Shown: piece after piece, positions 8,819 through 18,773 of the stretch
Position numbering within the stretch: position 1 is the stretch's first letter
Layout of the letters: every line of letters begins with the position of its first letter
Assembly (NCBI GenBank): GCA_900768535.1
Contig: CAAGDE010000071.1
Coordinates: forward strand, 1 to 62,695
DNA from: Clostridia bacterium
GTDB taxonomy: Bacteria > Bacillota > Clostridia > Oscillospirales > CAG-272
DNA length: 62,695 bases
Direction: 5' to 3'
Position numbers and translations under genes: made by a program
Notes under the pieces: generated by a model
Seen by the model: only the letters and a program-made list of their open reading frames with translations
Told to the model about the DNA's origin: nothing
Databases searched by the model: none

Positions 8819-9838
8819 ATGACAAAAGCGAACGGGTTCCGTGCCGCCGTGGTCGGCTGCGGGGCAATCGCTCCGAATCATGTGACGGGGATTCTTGCCG
8901 CCGGGCAGACGCTTGCGGCGGTCTGTGACCCCGACAGAAGCCACGCGGAACGCCTGCTTGCGCGGTTCGGGCTGACGGTTCCGATTTACACCGACCTTGA
9001 GGAGCTGCTTGACCGCGAGCACCCGGATGTCCTGCACATCTGCACGCCGCATTACCTGCACGCGCCGATGTGCTGTGCGGCACTGTCGCGCGGAGTGAAT
9101 GTCCTGTGCGAGAAGCCGCTCGGCATCAGCGAAGCGGATCTGCGCGCCATAGAGGCGGCGGAGGCGGAAAGCACTGCTATGCTCGGCGTATGTCTGCAAA
9201 ACCGCTATGAGCCGAATTTTCTCCGCCTCAAGTCGATTGCCGGGGAGGAGGGCATTGCGGCGGCGTTCGGCGTGGTCGCATGGCGGCGCGACGCGGATTA
9301 CTATGCCTCGGGCGCGTGGCGCGGGAAATGGGCAACCGAGGGCGGCGGGGTGATGATCAACCAGGCGCTTCACACTCTCGACCTGTTGCAATGGCTCTGC
9401 GGAATGCCGCAAACGGTCACGGCGCATCTGTCCGACGACCATTTGCAGGGCGTGATTGAGGTCGAGGACACCGCAACGGCGCATTTCCGCCTGCCCGACG
9501 GCAGAGCCTTTCAGCTGTTCGCCACGACTGCCTGTACCTCGGATTTTCCGGCACAGCTGCAGCTGATAACCCGCGCGGGGCATCGGTATTTTGCCGACAA
9601 TACGTCGCTCTGCCGGGACGGAGAGCCACTGCCGGGGGAGAAATCCGCAACCCTTGGGAAAACGGTCTGGGGAAGCGGTCACTGCCGCCTGATCGCGGAT
9701 TTCTATCGGCATCTTTCGGAAGAAACGCACTTCCCGATCGATGCGCACGAGGGCGCGAAGGTGATCCGGCTGATTCTTGCCATGTATGCGTCCGCAAAGG
9801 AGAACTGCACGATGAAACTGACGGAGGATAACCTATGA
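8819..9838 (+). CDS. Gfo/Idh/MocA family oxidoreductase, second copy
   Basis: ORF 8792-9838. ATG at 8819 sits just after the upstream stop. Rossmann motif AAVVGCGAIA and EKP motif (LCEKPLG). Confidence 0.8.
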   Translation: MTKANGFRAAVVGCGAIAPNHVTGILAAGQTLAAVCDPDRSHAERLLARFGLTVPIYTDLEELLDREHPDVLHICTPHYLHAPMCCAALSRGVNVLCEKPLGISEADLRAIEAAEAESTAMLGVCLQNRYEPNFLRLKSIAGEEGIAAAFGVVAWRRDADYYASGAWRGKWATEGGGVMINQALHTLDLLQWLCGMPQTVTAHLSDDHLQGVIEVEDTATAHFRLPDGRAFQLFATTACTSDFPAQLQLITRAGHRYFADNTSLCRDGEPLPGEKSATLGKTVWGSGHCRLIADFYRHLSEETHFPIDAHEGAKVIRLILAMYASAKENCTMKLTEDNL

Positions 9839-11199
9839 AGGAATTTTTCGGAGACGGTCTGCTGCTCGGCTCGCCGACGGCGGAGCGCCTGTACGCGGCG
9901 GTGCGGGATCTGCCGATTATCGATTATCACTGCCACCTGAACGAAAGCGAGATCCGGGACGACATCGGCTTTGCAAGCCTCGGCGCGCTCTGGCTCGGCG
10001 GCGACCATTACAAATGGCGTGCCATGCGCCTGTGCGGCGTGGACGAGCATTTCATCACGGGGGACGCGACCGATTATGAGAAATACCGCAAATATGCGGA
10101 AATCTTCCCGCGCCTGTGCGGCAATCCGCTCTACTACTGGACGCAGATGGAGCTGAAGCTGCTGTTCGGCATCACCAGGCCGCTCTCCCCGGAAACGGCG
10201 GATGAAATCTGGGCGGCGGCGAACGAACAGTTGAAAACCATGCGTGTTTCGGATCTTCTGCGCCGCTTCCGTGTGGAATACATCGCCACCACCAACGACC
10301 CGACCGATACGCTGGAGGCACACGGGGTGTACGGAAATACTGCGGTTGCCCCGACCTTCCGCCCCGACCGGATGCTGAGCTGTGACCCTGCGGCGCTGGA
10401 CGCACTGCGCAGATCTGCCGGAATGCGAAGGCTCCGGTCGCTTGCCGAGGTCAGGCAGGGGCTTATCCGGCGGTTGGATTGGTTCTGCGCACACGGCTGT
10501 GTGATCTCCGACCACGGAATGGATTTTCTGCCGGTTGCGGACTGCGGGGAGAACTACGCTTCCTATCTGTTTGAGCGGAAGAGCAACGTCACCGCGGAGG
10601 AGCTGTCGTCCGGCGAGCAGGAAAAGCTGACCTCCCATCTGCTGTACTTCCTTGCGGGAGAATACCGGAAGCGCAGCATGGTCATGCAGCTGCATTTCGG
10701 AACTTACCGCAACGTCAACAGCGGAATGTTCGGAAGGATCGGGCGCGACGCGGGCTTTGACATCATGCGCGGGCGCGTGGACGCCGACCGCCTGGCGGTC
10801 TTTCTCGACACGCTGAACACGCGCGGAGATTTGCCGAAGACCGTGCTGTATTCGCTGAATCCGACCGCAGTCCCCGCCATAGCGACCCTTTCGGGGGCGT
10901 TCCCGAATGTGCGCGTGGGCGCGGCATGGTGGTTCAACGACACGGTGGAGGGCATCCGTCAGCAGCTGCGCACCGTCACGGAATATGCCGCGCTGGGGAC
11001 GCATCTCGGAATGCTGACCGACAGCCGCTCCTATGCAAGCTATCCGCGCTTTGATTTCTTCCGCCGGATTCTCTGCGACACGGTCGGAGCATATGTCGAG
11101 CGCGGCGAATACGATGCCGGTGCGGCAGAGGCGCTGGTGCGCGGCATCTGCTATGAAAATGTCAGGGAATTTCTCGGAATCGGAGGGAAAACCTTATGA
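9835..11199 (+). CDS. uxaC: Glucuronate isomerase
   Basis: 454 aa. PIIDYHCHL, GDHYKWRAMR and AWWFNDT motifs characteristic of UxaC. ATGA overlap. Confidence 0.9.
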   Translation: MKEFFGDGLLLGSPTAERLYAAVRDLPIIDYHCHLNESEIRDDIGFASLGALWLGGDHYKWRAMRLCGVDEHFITGDATDYEKYRKYAEIFPRLCGNPLYYWTQMELKLLFGITRPLSPETADEIWAAANEQLKTMRVSDLLRRFRVEYIATTNDPTDTLEAHGVYGNTAVAPTFRPDRMLSCDPAALDALRRSAGMRRLRSLAEVRQGLIRRLDWFCAHGCVISDHGMDFLPVADCGENYASYLFERKSNVTAEELSSGEQEKLTSHLLYFLAGEYRKRSMVMQLHFGTYRNVNSGMFGRIGRDAGFDIMRGRVDADRLAVFLDTLNTRGDLPKTVLYSLNPTAVPAIATLSGAFPNVRVGAAWWFNDTVEGIRQQLRTVTEYAALGTHLGMLTDSRSYASYPRFDFFRRILCDTVGAYVERGEYDAGAAEALVRGICYENVREFLGIGGKTL

Positions 11200-12236
11200 A
11201 AATGACATTCCGCTGGTACGGCGAGGGGGACAGCATTCCGCTGTCGTACATCCGGCAGATTCCCGGCATGACGGGTGTGGTGACGGCGGTCTACGATGTT
11301 CCGGTCGGGGAGGTCTGGCACACGGACAGAATTGCCCGCCTGAAGGCGCTGTGCGATCGGGAGCAGCTGGAGATGGAGGTCATCGAAAGCGTTCCGGTGC
11401 ATGAGGACATCAAGCTGGGGAGACCCACGCGCGACCGCCTGATCGAAAATTACGCCCAAACCGTCCGCAATCTCGGAAAATTCGGGGTGAAGTGCGTTTG
11501 CTATAACTTCATGCCCGTGTTCGATTGGCTCCGGACGAATCTGCACACCCCCGCGCCGGACGGTTCGAATTCGCTGTCCTACCGTCACGCGGAGCTGCTG
11601 GCGCTCGACCCGCACGACCTGCATCTGCCCGGCTGGGACGAAAGCTACACGCCCGCCGAACTGCGAGGTCTGCTGGATGCCTATTCCGGCATGACGCATG
11701 AGAAGCTGTTTGAAAATCTGGTCTATTTCCTGCGCGGCATCCTGCCTGCCTGTCGGGAAGCCGGCATCAACATGGCAATCCATCCGGACGACCCGCCGTG
11801 GGATATGTTCGGGCTTCCGCGCATCATCACGGGGCGGGAGAGCTACCTGCGCCTGTTTGAAGCCGTGCCGGAGCGGGAGAACGGCATCACCTTCTGCACG
11901 GGTTCTCTCGGCGCGGGGCGGGAGAATGATCTGCCGGCGCTGGCACGGGAGTTTGCCGACCGTATCTGCTTCGCACACCTGCGGCAGATCCGCTTCGAGG
12001 GGGAGCGCGACTTCTGCGAATGCGGACACCGGACCGATGCGGGCAGTCTGGATATGCTCGCCATTGTCGAAGCGCTGGCGGACGGCGGCTTTGACGGCTA
12101 TGTCCGACCCGACCACGGCAGGAACATCTGGGGCGAGGACGGCAAGCCCGGCTACGGGCTCTACGACCGTGCGCTCGGTGCGTGCTACCTCTCCGGTCTG
12201 TTTGAAGCGGTAGAGGGAAGAAGAAAGGAGCAATGA
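11196..12236 (+). CDS. uxuA: Mannonate dehydratase
   Basis: 346 aa. N-terminus MKMTFRWYGEGDSIPL..IRQIPG is typical of UxuA. ATGA overlap. Confidence 0.9.
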   Translation: MKMTFRWYGEGDSIPLSYIRQIPGMTGVVTAVYDVPVGEVWHTDRIARLKALCDREQLEMEVIESVPVHEDIKLGRPTRDRLIENYAQTVRNLGKFGVKCVCYNFMPVFDWLRTNLHTPAPDGSNSLSYRHAELLALDPHDLHLPGWDESYTPAELRGLLDAYSGMTHEKLFENLVYFLRGILPACREAGINMAIHPDDPPWDMFGLPRIITGRESYLRLFEAVPERENGITFCTGSLGAGRENDLPALAREFADRICFAHLRQIRFEGERDFCECGHRTDAGSLDMLAIVEALADGGFDGYVRPDHGRNIWGEDGKPGYGLYDRALGACYLSGLFEAVEGRRKEQ

Positions 12237-12240
12237 AAAA

Positions 12241-13074
12241 ATGAAATTACCGTATCGGATGGATCTTTCGGATAAAGTGGTTGCCGTAACCGGCGCGGGC
12301 GGGGTGCTGATGAGCGAATTCTGCCGGGCGCTGACGGCGTGCGGGGCAAAGGTGGCGCTCCTGGACATCAACGAGACGGCGGCGAAGGCGGTCGCGGATG
12401 AAATCGGTGAAAACGCGATTGCCATCGGCACGAATTGCCTGGACAGAAGAAGCATTGAAGCGGCGGCGGAACGGGTGCATCAGGCGTTCGGCAGGGTGAA
12501 TTTCCTCATCAACGGCGCCGGCGGAAACAATCCGCGCGCGACCTGCGACAATGAGACGATGACCCCGGAGACCGATGATGCCGTCAAATCCTTTTTCGGC
12601 TTGGAGGAATCGGGACTGAAGTTCGTGTTCGACCTGAACATCACCTCGGCATTCCTGGTCACGCAGGTGTTCGCGAAGGACATGGTGCAGACCGGCGGAA
12701 ATATCATCAATATTTCATCGATGAACGCCTTCCGACCCCTGACCAAAATTCCGGCATACAGCGCGGCAAAGGCGGGGATTTCCAACTTTACCGAGTGGCT
12801 CGCCGTGCATTTTGCCCCCTGCGGCATCCGCGTCAATGCCATTGCGCCCGGGTTCTTTGTGACCAACCAGAACCGCGCTCTGCTGTTTGACGCGGACGGC
12901 AATCCCACGGCGCGCACGGGCAAGATTCTTGCCGCAACTCCGCAGAAGCGCTTCGGAGAGGTGAGCGACCTCATCGGCACGCTCCTCTGGCTTGCCTCGG
13001 ACGATGCCAGCGGCTTTGTCACCGGAGTGATCGTCCCGGTTGACGGCGGCTTCAACGCCTACAGCGGCGTATAA
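12241..13074 (+). CDS. SDR family oxidoreductase (short-chain D-mannonate/fructuronate reductase-like)
   Basis: 277 aa. TGAGGVLM cofactor motif, catalytic YSAAKAG. Sits immediately after uxuA. Confidence 0.8.
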   Translation: MKLPYRMDLSDKVVAVTGAGGVLMSEFCRALTACGAKVALLDINETAAKAVADEIGENAIAIGTNCLDRRSIEAAAERVHQAFGRVNFLINGAGGNNPRATCDNETMTPETDDAVKSFFGLEESGLKFVFDLNITSAFLVTQVFAKDMVQTGGNIINISSMNAFRPLTKIPAYSAAKAGISNFTEWLAVHFAPCGIRVNAIAPGFFVTNQNRALLFDADGNPTARTGKILAATPQKRFGEVSDLIGTLLWLASDDASGFVTGVIVPVDGGFNAYSGV

Positions 13075-13081
13075 AACAGCG

Positions 13082-13126
13082 ACCGCCCATATCCTTTTTC
13101 AGGGTATGGGCGGTTGTTCTGTTTTT
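13082..13126. terminator. Bidirectional intrinsic terminator between convergent genes
   Basis: ACCGCCCATATCC pairs with GGTATGGGCGGT and is followed by TGTTCTGTTTTT. Confidence 0.7.
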
Positions 13127-13131
13127 GCACC

Positions 13132-13671
13132 TTACGGCTCGTAATCGAAGAACTTCTTGTTGTAGACTGCGCCGATTTCCTCGGTCTCGCGGTCGCGTGC
13201 GACCCAAAATTCATCACCGATGACGGATGTATTGAGCATTCCGTTTACGCTCAGGTGAAAGTCCTTGCTCCATGGGTAATGCTCTCCGTAAATGCGGTAC
13301 TTTTCGCCGCCGAAATACAGAAACCGGGCGGGAACCAGGTGCCGCTTCCCAACGATACCGATCTCCTCTGCGGTTTCTTCCGTAATGCCGGTCAGTACTG
13401 CGGAGGAAACGGTAAACCCGCGCGCCCGGATGGCTTTGCGTGACTTCCTGTGGCGGCGATGGATACACAATTGCCACACCAAAAATCCGACGGCAAGAAC
13501 GGCAAAGGGAATGGCTACCCACGGACGCAACAGAATCCCGCACAGGATTGCAAGGGTGGCAGATGCCATCATCCCCCAAAAGGGGCGATCGTCCTGCGCG
13601 GCACAGCTCCACTTTGCGTATCGGTTCAGATCTTCGGCAATATGCTCCTTTGTCAGTTTTTCCTTTTGCAT
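13132..13671 (-). CDS. Hypothetical two-TM membrane protein (paralogue 1)
   Basis: ORF 13132-13797. AAAGGAGACCAT precedes the ATG at 13671. Hydrophobic stretches at residues ~35-80. C-terminal GDEFWVARDRETEEIGAVY.KK.FDYE is shared with the neighbour. Confidence 0.6.
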   Translation of the reverse strand: MQKEKLTKEHIAEDLNRYAKWSCAAQDDRPFWGMMASATLAILCGILLRPWVAIPFAVLAVGFLVWQLCIHRRHRKSRKAIRARGFTVSSAVLTGITEETAEEIGIVGKRHLVPARFLYFGGEKYRIYGEHYPWSKDFHLSVNGMLNTSVIGDEFWVARDRETEEIGAVYNKKFFDYEP

Positions 13672-13684
13672 ATGGTCTCCTTTT

Positions 13685-14230
13685 TCAGGTCTCGTAATCA
13701 AAATACTTTTTGGGGTATACCGCGCCGATTTCCTCGGTCTCGCGGTCGCGCGCGACCCAAAATTCATCGCCGATTTCCGGGGTACTGTCGCGTTCATAAT
13801 ATGACAGTTCGTCCGGACTCAGCCAGGTATACTGCCCGAACGGCAGGCGATATTCTTCACCTCCGAAGAAGTAGGAGTAACTGCGGGTGTCAACCTCTCT
13901 TCCGGTGCCGAAATTGTATTTTTTGTCGATGGAGGTCAGTTTTTCGGATGTAACGGAATACCCGCCTGCGCGGATGATTCGGCAAGCCTTCCGGCGTTGA
14001 TATGCCAACCAAAACCTGCAGAGCAGAAGGGGAATCAAGGCAATCGCCGGCGCAAGCATGATCCTCGCGCTGTGCATTACGGCAAGAATGATGGCGAGTT
14101 CCGTCAGAAATGCCCAAATACCGAGGTACAGCGTGGTAATTGTGGTTTTTCTGTACCGCACTTTTGCGTAGGCGCACAGGTCGGCGACAAGGTTTTCCGG
14201 CGTCAGCTTGATTTTCTTTCTCTGTTTCAT
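13685..14230 (-). CDS. Hypothetical two-TM membrane protein (paralogue 2)
   Basis: ORF 13685-14395. ATG at 14230 (MKQRKKIKLTPENL). Same architecture and C-terminal motif as 13132-13671. Confidence 0.6.
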   Translation of the reverse strand: MKQRKKIKLTPENLVADLCAYAKVRYRKTTITTLYLGIWAFLTELAIILAVMHSARIMLAPAIALIPLLLCRFWLAYQRRKACRIIRAGGYSVTSEKLTSIDKKYNFGTGREVDTRSYSYFFGGEEYRLPFGQYTWLSPDELSYYERDSTPEIGDEFWVARDRETEEIGAVYPKKYFDYET

Positions 14231-14240
14231 TTTTGCCCCT

Positions 14241-14300
14241 GTTCCAAAACAGCGCCTCGCATGACACGGGGCGCCGCAGGAAGGACCTTGGAACACTGCC
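14241..14300 (-). terminator. Candidate clpX terminator hairpin
   Basis: On the minus strand, GTGTTCCAAGG..GCGCC..GGCGC..TTTTGGAACAG forms a nested hairpin followed by a T-run. Confidence 0.45.
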
Positions 14301-14316
14301 CATAGATCCTTGCATC

Positions 14317-15657
14317 TTATTGTTGTTCTTCCTGTTGCTCTTTTACCAAATCCTTGCGGTAGGTGAATTTGCAGTCCCCGGTTTTGCGGATGCATTCGGG
14401 GGTAACCTCCACTGCGGCAATGTCGCGGCGGGAGGGAACCTCGTACATCAGCTTGGTCATTGCACTTTCGAGAATCGCACGCAGTCCGCGCGCGCCGGTG
14501 TTGCGCTCCAGTGCCAGCCCGGCAACGGTGTCCAGCGCCTCCGGGGAGAAGTGCAGCTCCACGCCGTCCATCGCAAACAGTTTTTCGTACTGCTTGGTCA
14601 GCGAGTTCTTCGGCTCGGTCAGAATCTTCACCAGCGCCGATTTGTCCAGATCGGACAGCGCAACAATCACCGGAATCCGTCCGACCAGCTCCGGAATCAT
14701 ACCGAATTTGACAATATCGTGCGGAATGACGTCCCGGAAAATGCCGGTGCTTTTCTTTTCGGCTTTGGTCTTGATTTCCCCGCCGAAGCCGATGGTCTGA
14801 TTGCCCTCGCGCTTTTCGATGATGCTCTCCAAGCCGTCAAACGCGCCGCCGCAGATGAACAGGATGTTCTTGGTGTTGATCTGAATGAATTCCTGATTCG
14901 GGTGCTTTCTGCCGCCCTGCGGGGGGACGTTGGAAACGGTGCCCTCCAGGATTTTCAGGAGCGCCTGCTGAACGCCCTCACCCGATACGTCCCGCGTGAT
15001 CGAGCGGTTTTCGCTCTTGCGGGCGATTTTGTCGATCTCATCGATATAAATGATGCCGCGTTCGGCAAGCTCCACATCGTAGTCCGCCGCCTGAATCAGC
15101 CGGAGCAGGATGTTTTCCACATCCTCTCCGACGTATCCCGCCTCGGTCAGCGTGGTTGCATCCGCAATGGCGAAGGGAACCTTCATCGTGCGGGCGAGCG
15201 TTTGGGCAAGGTAGGTCTTTCCCACGCCGGTCGGACCGATGAGCAGGACATTGCTTTTCTGCAGCTCCACGTCCTCGGCGGCATCCCTGACCTCAGCCGC
15301 CTTCTTTTTGCCCTTTCCGGCGGCGGGCTTGGGGGCGGCAGTCAGAATGCGCTTGTAGTGGTTGTAGACCGCCACCGACAGCGCAACCTTCGCGTCATCC
15401 TGCCCGATCACATATTGGTCAAGTGTCTGCTTGATCTGCATGGGACGGGGCAGCTCCTCCAGAGTCAGCTTTCCGGCAGGCTTCTTTTTCTGCTGTGCCA
15501 GATCTTCGTCAATGCTGTCCACCAGCTGATTGCAGGCATCCAGGCAGTAATCGCAGATGAAAACCGGACTGGTGGGGGAGGGGATGAGGAAATCGACCTC
15601 CTTTTCGCTCCTGCCGCAGAAGGAACAGTAATGCGTATTGCTTTTGTTACTTGCCAT
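14317..15657 (-). CDS. clpX: ATP-dependent Clp protease ATP-binding subunit ClpX
   Basis: 446 aa. N-terminal zinc finger CSFCGRS..CDYC, Walker A GPTGVGKT, typical ClpX length and synteny tig-clpP-clpX. Confidence 0.95.
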   Translation of the reverse strand: MASNKSNTHYCSFCGRSEKEVDFLIPSPTSPVFICDYCLDACNQLVDSIDEDLAQQKKKPAGKLTLEELPRPMQIKQTLDQYVIGQDDAKVALSVAVYNHYKRILTAAPKPAAGKGKKKAAEVRDAAEDVELQKSNVLLIGPTGVGKTYLAQTLARTMKVPFAIADATTLTEAGYVGEDVENILLRLIQAADYDVELAERGIIYIDEIDKIARKSENRSITRDVSGEGVQQALLKILEGTVSNVPPQGGRKHPNQEFIQINTKNILFICGGAFDGLESIIEKREGNQTIGFGGEIKTKAEKKSTGIFRDVIPHDIVKFGMIPELVGRIPVIVALSDLDKSALVKILTEPKNSLTKQYEKLFAMDGVELHFSPEALDTVAGLALERNTGARGLRAILESAMTKLMYEVPSRRDIAAVEVTPECIRKTGDCKFTYRKDLVKEQQEEQQ

Positions 15658-15683
15658 GCTGTGATGATCCTTTCTTGCGGTTG

Positions 15684-16295
15684 TCAGGCTCTCTTTTCAA
15701 TCACCTTGTCGATCAGACCGTATTCCATTGCTTCTTTTGCGGTCATATAGTTGTCGCGGTCGGTGTCGCGCTCGATGATGTCCAGCGGCTTTCCGGTGTT
15801 GGCGGAGAGAATGCCGTTGAGCGTCTTTTTGATGTGCAGGATCTGCTCTGCCTGAATCTGAATGTCGGTTGCCTGCCCTTTTGCACCGCCCAGGGGCTGA
15901 TGGATCATGATCTCGCTGTGCGGCAGAGCCATGCGCTTGCCCTTGGCTCCGGACGACAGCAGGAACGCGCCCATGCTTGCCGCCATGCCGATGCAGATGG
16001 TGGAGACATCGCACTTGATGAACTGCATGGTGTCATAAATCGCCATGCCCGCGCTGACCGATCCGCCGGGGGAGTTGATATAGAAGGAGATCTCCTTGTC
16101 GGGATCCTGTGCTTCGAGGAAGAGCATCTGGGCAACCACCAGGGAGGCGGTGGTATCGTTGACCTCGTCTGCGAGAAAAACGATGCGGTCATTGAGCAGG
16201 CGCGAGAAAATGTCATAGGAACGCTCCCCGCGGTTGGTCTGTTCCACAACCATCGGCACGAGCGCCGCGCGTGTAAAATCTCTTGCGTCAAGCAT
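15684..16295 (-). CDS. clpP: ATP-dependent Clp protease proteolytic subunit
   Basis: 203 aa. [22 protein letters not shown] and the GMAASMG active-site Ser motif. Confidence 0.95.
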   Translation of the reverse strand: MLDARDFTRAALVPMVVEQTNRGERSYDIFSRLLNDRIVFLADEVNDTTASLVVAQMLFLEAQDPDKEISFYINSPGGSVSAGMAIYDTMQFIKCDVSTICIGMAASMGAFLLSSGAKGKRMALPHSEIMIHQPLGGAKGQATDIQIQAEQILHIKKTLNGILSANTGKPLDIIERDTDRDNYMTAKEAMEYGLIDKVIEKRA

Positions 16296-16363
16296 ATTTT
16301 GTACCTCTCTTTCGATAGCTTGAACCGGAAACGGGAAACCTGTTTCCGGTTCAGCGGTAGGAA

Positions 16364-17650
16364 TTACTTCTTGATGACTGCTTTTTCCTTGACCAGATCC
16401 ATCGCCTTCTTGACCTTCATGTCCTCGGCAACCGAATCCATGGGGACAGCCTTGCGGACGTCCTCGACCTTCATCTGATAAGCATCGGCAATTCTCTGAA
16501 TTTCACCGTCAATGTCCTCCTGGGTGGCTTCCAGCTTCTCCAGCTCGGCAATCTTCTCCAGCGCCAGACGCAGACGTACCTGCTTTTCCGCCTGCGGACG
16601 GAGCTGTGCGCGGAGCTTGTCAAGATCCATTCCGGTGTACTGGAAGTAGGTCTTCAGATCCAGTCCCTGCATCCGCAGACGGTTGTCGTAGTCGCGGACG
16701 AAGTTCTCGGTCTCGGCAACAAACATGGCTTCCGGAATCTCCGCGTCCGTCTTTTCGATCAGTTGGTCAAGCACGGCGTTTTCGAATTCGGAATCGGCTT
16801 CTTCTCCGTGTCTCTTTTCGATTTTTGCCCGGACGTCCTTCCGATATTCATCAAAGGTATCGAATTCGGTGAAATCCTTTGCAAAATCGTCGTCCAGCGC
16901 CGGCAGTTCAATGTGCTGGATCTTATGGATGGTGGTCTTGAAGACCGCAGGCTTTCCTGCCAGCTCCTTGACGTGGTAGTCCTCCGGGAAGGAGACTTTG
17001 ACGTCAAAGGTTTCGTTCAGGGTGTGTCCCGCAACCTGCTCCTCGTAGCCGGGGATGAAGTTGCCGGAGCCGAGCTTGAGCGGGTAGTCGCTGCCCTTGC
17101 CGCCGTCAAACGGAACGCCGTCGACGGAGCCGTCAAAGTCGATGGTGCAGATATCGCCCATCTCCGCCTTGCCGCCCTCGTCGAGGTCGGTCTCGCGGGA
17201 GTTGCGCTCCTGCAGGGTCCTGATCTCCTGATCGACCTCTTCGTCGGTGACGGGAACGACCTTCTTTTCCGCCTCAATGCCGAGGTAGCCCTCGATTTTG
17301 ACCTCCGGCTTGACCGAAACCTTTGCGGAGAAGACCACGCCGTCCTCGTCGCTGACCGACACCACGTCAAAGTCGGGCTGACCGACCATATCCAGCTTGC
17401 TATCCTTCAGTGCCGCTTCAAACGCATCAGGCAGGACTGCGTTGAAGGCATCCTCATAGAAATATCCTTTGCCGTACATCTTTTCCACGACTGCGCGCGG
17501 AGCCTTTCCCTTGCGGAAGCCGGGGACGGTGATCTTTCCGGAGTTCTTGCGGAAGGAGTCGCTGACCGCCTTGGCAAAGGTGTCCTTATCAACCGAAAAC
17601 TGCAGTGTCCATACACCCTTATCGGTCTTTTCGGATTTGATGAGATTCAT
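16364..17650 (-). CDS. tig: Trigger factor
   Basis: ORF 16364-17665. GGAGGATACAAAA precedes the ATG at 17650. GFRKGKAP ribosome-binding signature and a central FKBP-like region. Confidence 0.9.
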   Translation of the reverse strand: MNLIKSEKTDKGVWTLQFSVDKDTFAKAVSDSFRKNSGKITVPGFRKGKAPRAVVEKMYGKGYFYEDAFNAVLPDAFEAALKDSKLDMVGQPDFDVVSVSDEDGVVFSAKVSVKPEVKIEGYLGIEAEKKVVPVTDEEVDQEIRTLQERNSRETDLDEGGKAEMGDICTIDFDGSVDGVPFDGGKGSDYPLKLGSGNFIPGYEEQVAGHTLNETFDVKVSFPEDYHVKELAGKPAVFKTTIHKIQHIELPALDDDFAKDFTEFDTFDEYRKDVRAKIEKRHGEEADSEFENAVLDQLIEKTDAEIPEAMFVAETENFVRDYDNRLRMQGLDLKTYFQYTGMDLDKLRAQLRPQAEKQVRLRLALEKIAELEKLEATQEDIDGEIQRIADAYQMKVEDVRKAVPMDSVAEDMKVKKAMDLVKEKAVIKK

Positions 17651-17699
17651 TTTTGTATCCTCCAAACAAATGAAATGTTCAACTTTACATACAGATTAT

Positions 17700-17728
17700 A
17701 TTATATAATTTTTTGTGTGATTTGTCAA
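17700..17728 (-). promoter_or_regulatory. Sigma-A promoter for tig-clpP-clpX
   Basis: Minus strand: TTGACA (17728-17723), 17-nt spacer, TATAAT (17705-17700). Confidence 0.6.
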
Positions 17729-17755
17729 TAGTTTTTTCAACTTTCGGCTTTTTGA

Positions 17756-18490
17756 CTAAAAAGAGTCGGCGCAAACCGGCATCGGTGCAAAATTCAGATA
17801 GTCCGCGGCGCAGTTCCGGAAGGTGATTCCTTCATAAGTCCACGCAGACGGGGAAGAATAAGCACCGTGGATGTGCCCGAACCAGCAGCTCCGGATTCCG
17901 TATTCGTGCAGGCAGTCCAGAATCTCCCGGCAGACAAAGCCGCCGAAGACCGGCGGAAAATGCAGGAAAACGCCGATGGGCGCCAGCGGTGCCTCCGTTT
18001 TCTGCAGCTTCACTGCCGCATCCAGGCTCATCCGCAGACGCATGACCTCGCGGTTGACAATTTTGCGGTAATCGACGTCCCCCACGGTTCTCTGCTGCTC
18101 CTCGTCCAAGAACCAGCCGCGCGTTCCGGCAATCACCACGCCATCCCGCAAAAAGGCGTTGTTGGAGAGCAGCCGGACAGAGCGCACGCCGATGCGCGCC
18201 CAGAATTCCTCGGTCTTTTTTTGCGTTGACCACCAAAAATCGTGATTGCCCTTGCCGATGATCTTCTCCCCCGGCAGCGCCTCCAGAAAGCGGAAATCGT
18301 CTGCGGTTTCCTCCAGCTTCAGCCCCCACGAGATGTCGCCGGGGACGATGACCGTGTCGCCGTCCTCCACAACCGCACACCAGTTTTTGCGGATCTTTTC
18401 CGTATAATCCGCCCACCGCGCGCCGAAGACCTCCATGGACTTGGAACGGTCGGACGACAGATGCAGATCTGCCATGACATAAAGGGACAT
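17756..18490 (-). CDS. Metallophosphoesterase family protein
   Basis: ORF 17756-18796. AAAGGAGAAAATCCG precedes the ATG at 18490. MSLYVMADLHLS, GDISW and GNHDFWW motifs. Confidence 0.8.
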   Translation of the reverse strand: MSLYVMADLHLSSDRSKSMEVFGARWADYTEKIRKNWCAVVEDGDTVIVPGDISWGLKLEETADDFRFLEALPGEKIIGKGNHDFWWSTQKKTEEFWARIGVRSVRLLSNNAFLRDGVVIAGTRGWFLDEEQQRTVGDVDYRKIVNREVMRLRMSLDAAVKLQKTEAPLAPIGVFLHFPPVFGGFVCREILDCLHEYGIRSCWFGHIHGAYSSPSAWTYEGITFRNCAADYLNFAPMPVCADSF

Positions 18491-18586
18491 CGGATTTTCT
18501 CCTTTCTCGGAATAAACTGCGGGCGGTCGGGGTATTCTAATTGCACCGGGCAATCCGGAATTGCGTTTTGGAAAGAGGTTTGAACC

Positions 18587-18769
18587 ATGGAAGAACGGAA
18601 TCATGATTGCGGATGCAAGCACATCAAGGGCATTCACTGTGACGTCAAGAACTGCTACTATCACAACGCCGAAACCTACTGCACCGCCGAGCAGATCGCG
18701 GTCGGTCCTAACTCCGCAGGCTGCTCCGGCGAAACCCTGTGCGTGACGTTTAAGCCGAAGGAAGAGTAA
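18587..18769 (+). CDS. DUF1540 domain protein (small Cys-rich)
   Basis: 60 aa. CDVKNCYYHNAETYCTAEQIAV and GETLCVTF match the duplicated DUF1540 pattern. Confidence 0.7.
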   Translation: MEERNHDCGCKHIKGIHCDVKNCYYHNAETYCTAEQIAVGPNSAGCSGETLCVTFKPKEE

Positions 18770-18773
18770 GAGA

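Noticed and set aside
9703-11004. 433-aa ORF antisense to uxaC, and 11151-12455 antisense to uxuA
   Set aside because: Same high-GC artefact. The sense strands carry unmistakable UxaC/UxuA motifs and ATGA-coupled starts.
14233-15750. 505-aa plus-strand ORF overlapping clpX, and 15651-16478 and 16763-17731 overlapping clpP and tig
   Set aside because: Mirror-frame ORFs of highly conserved housekeeping genes, with no independent support.
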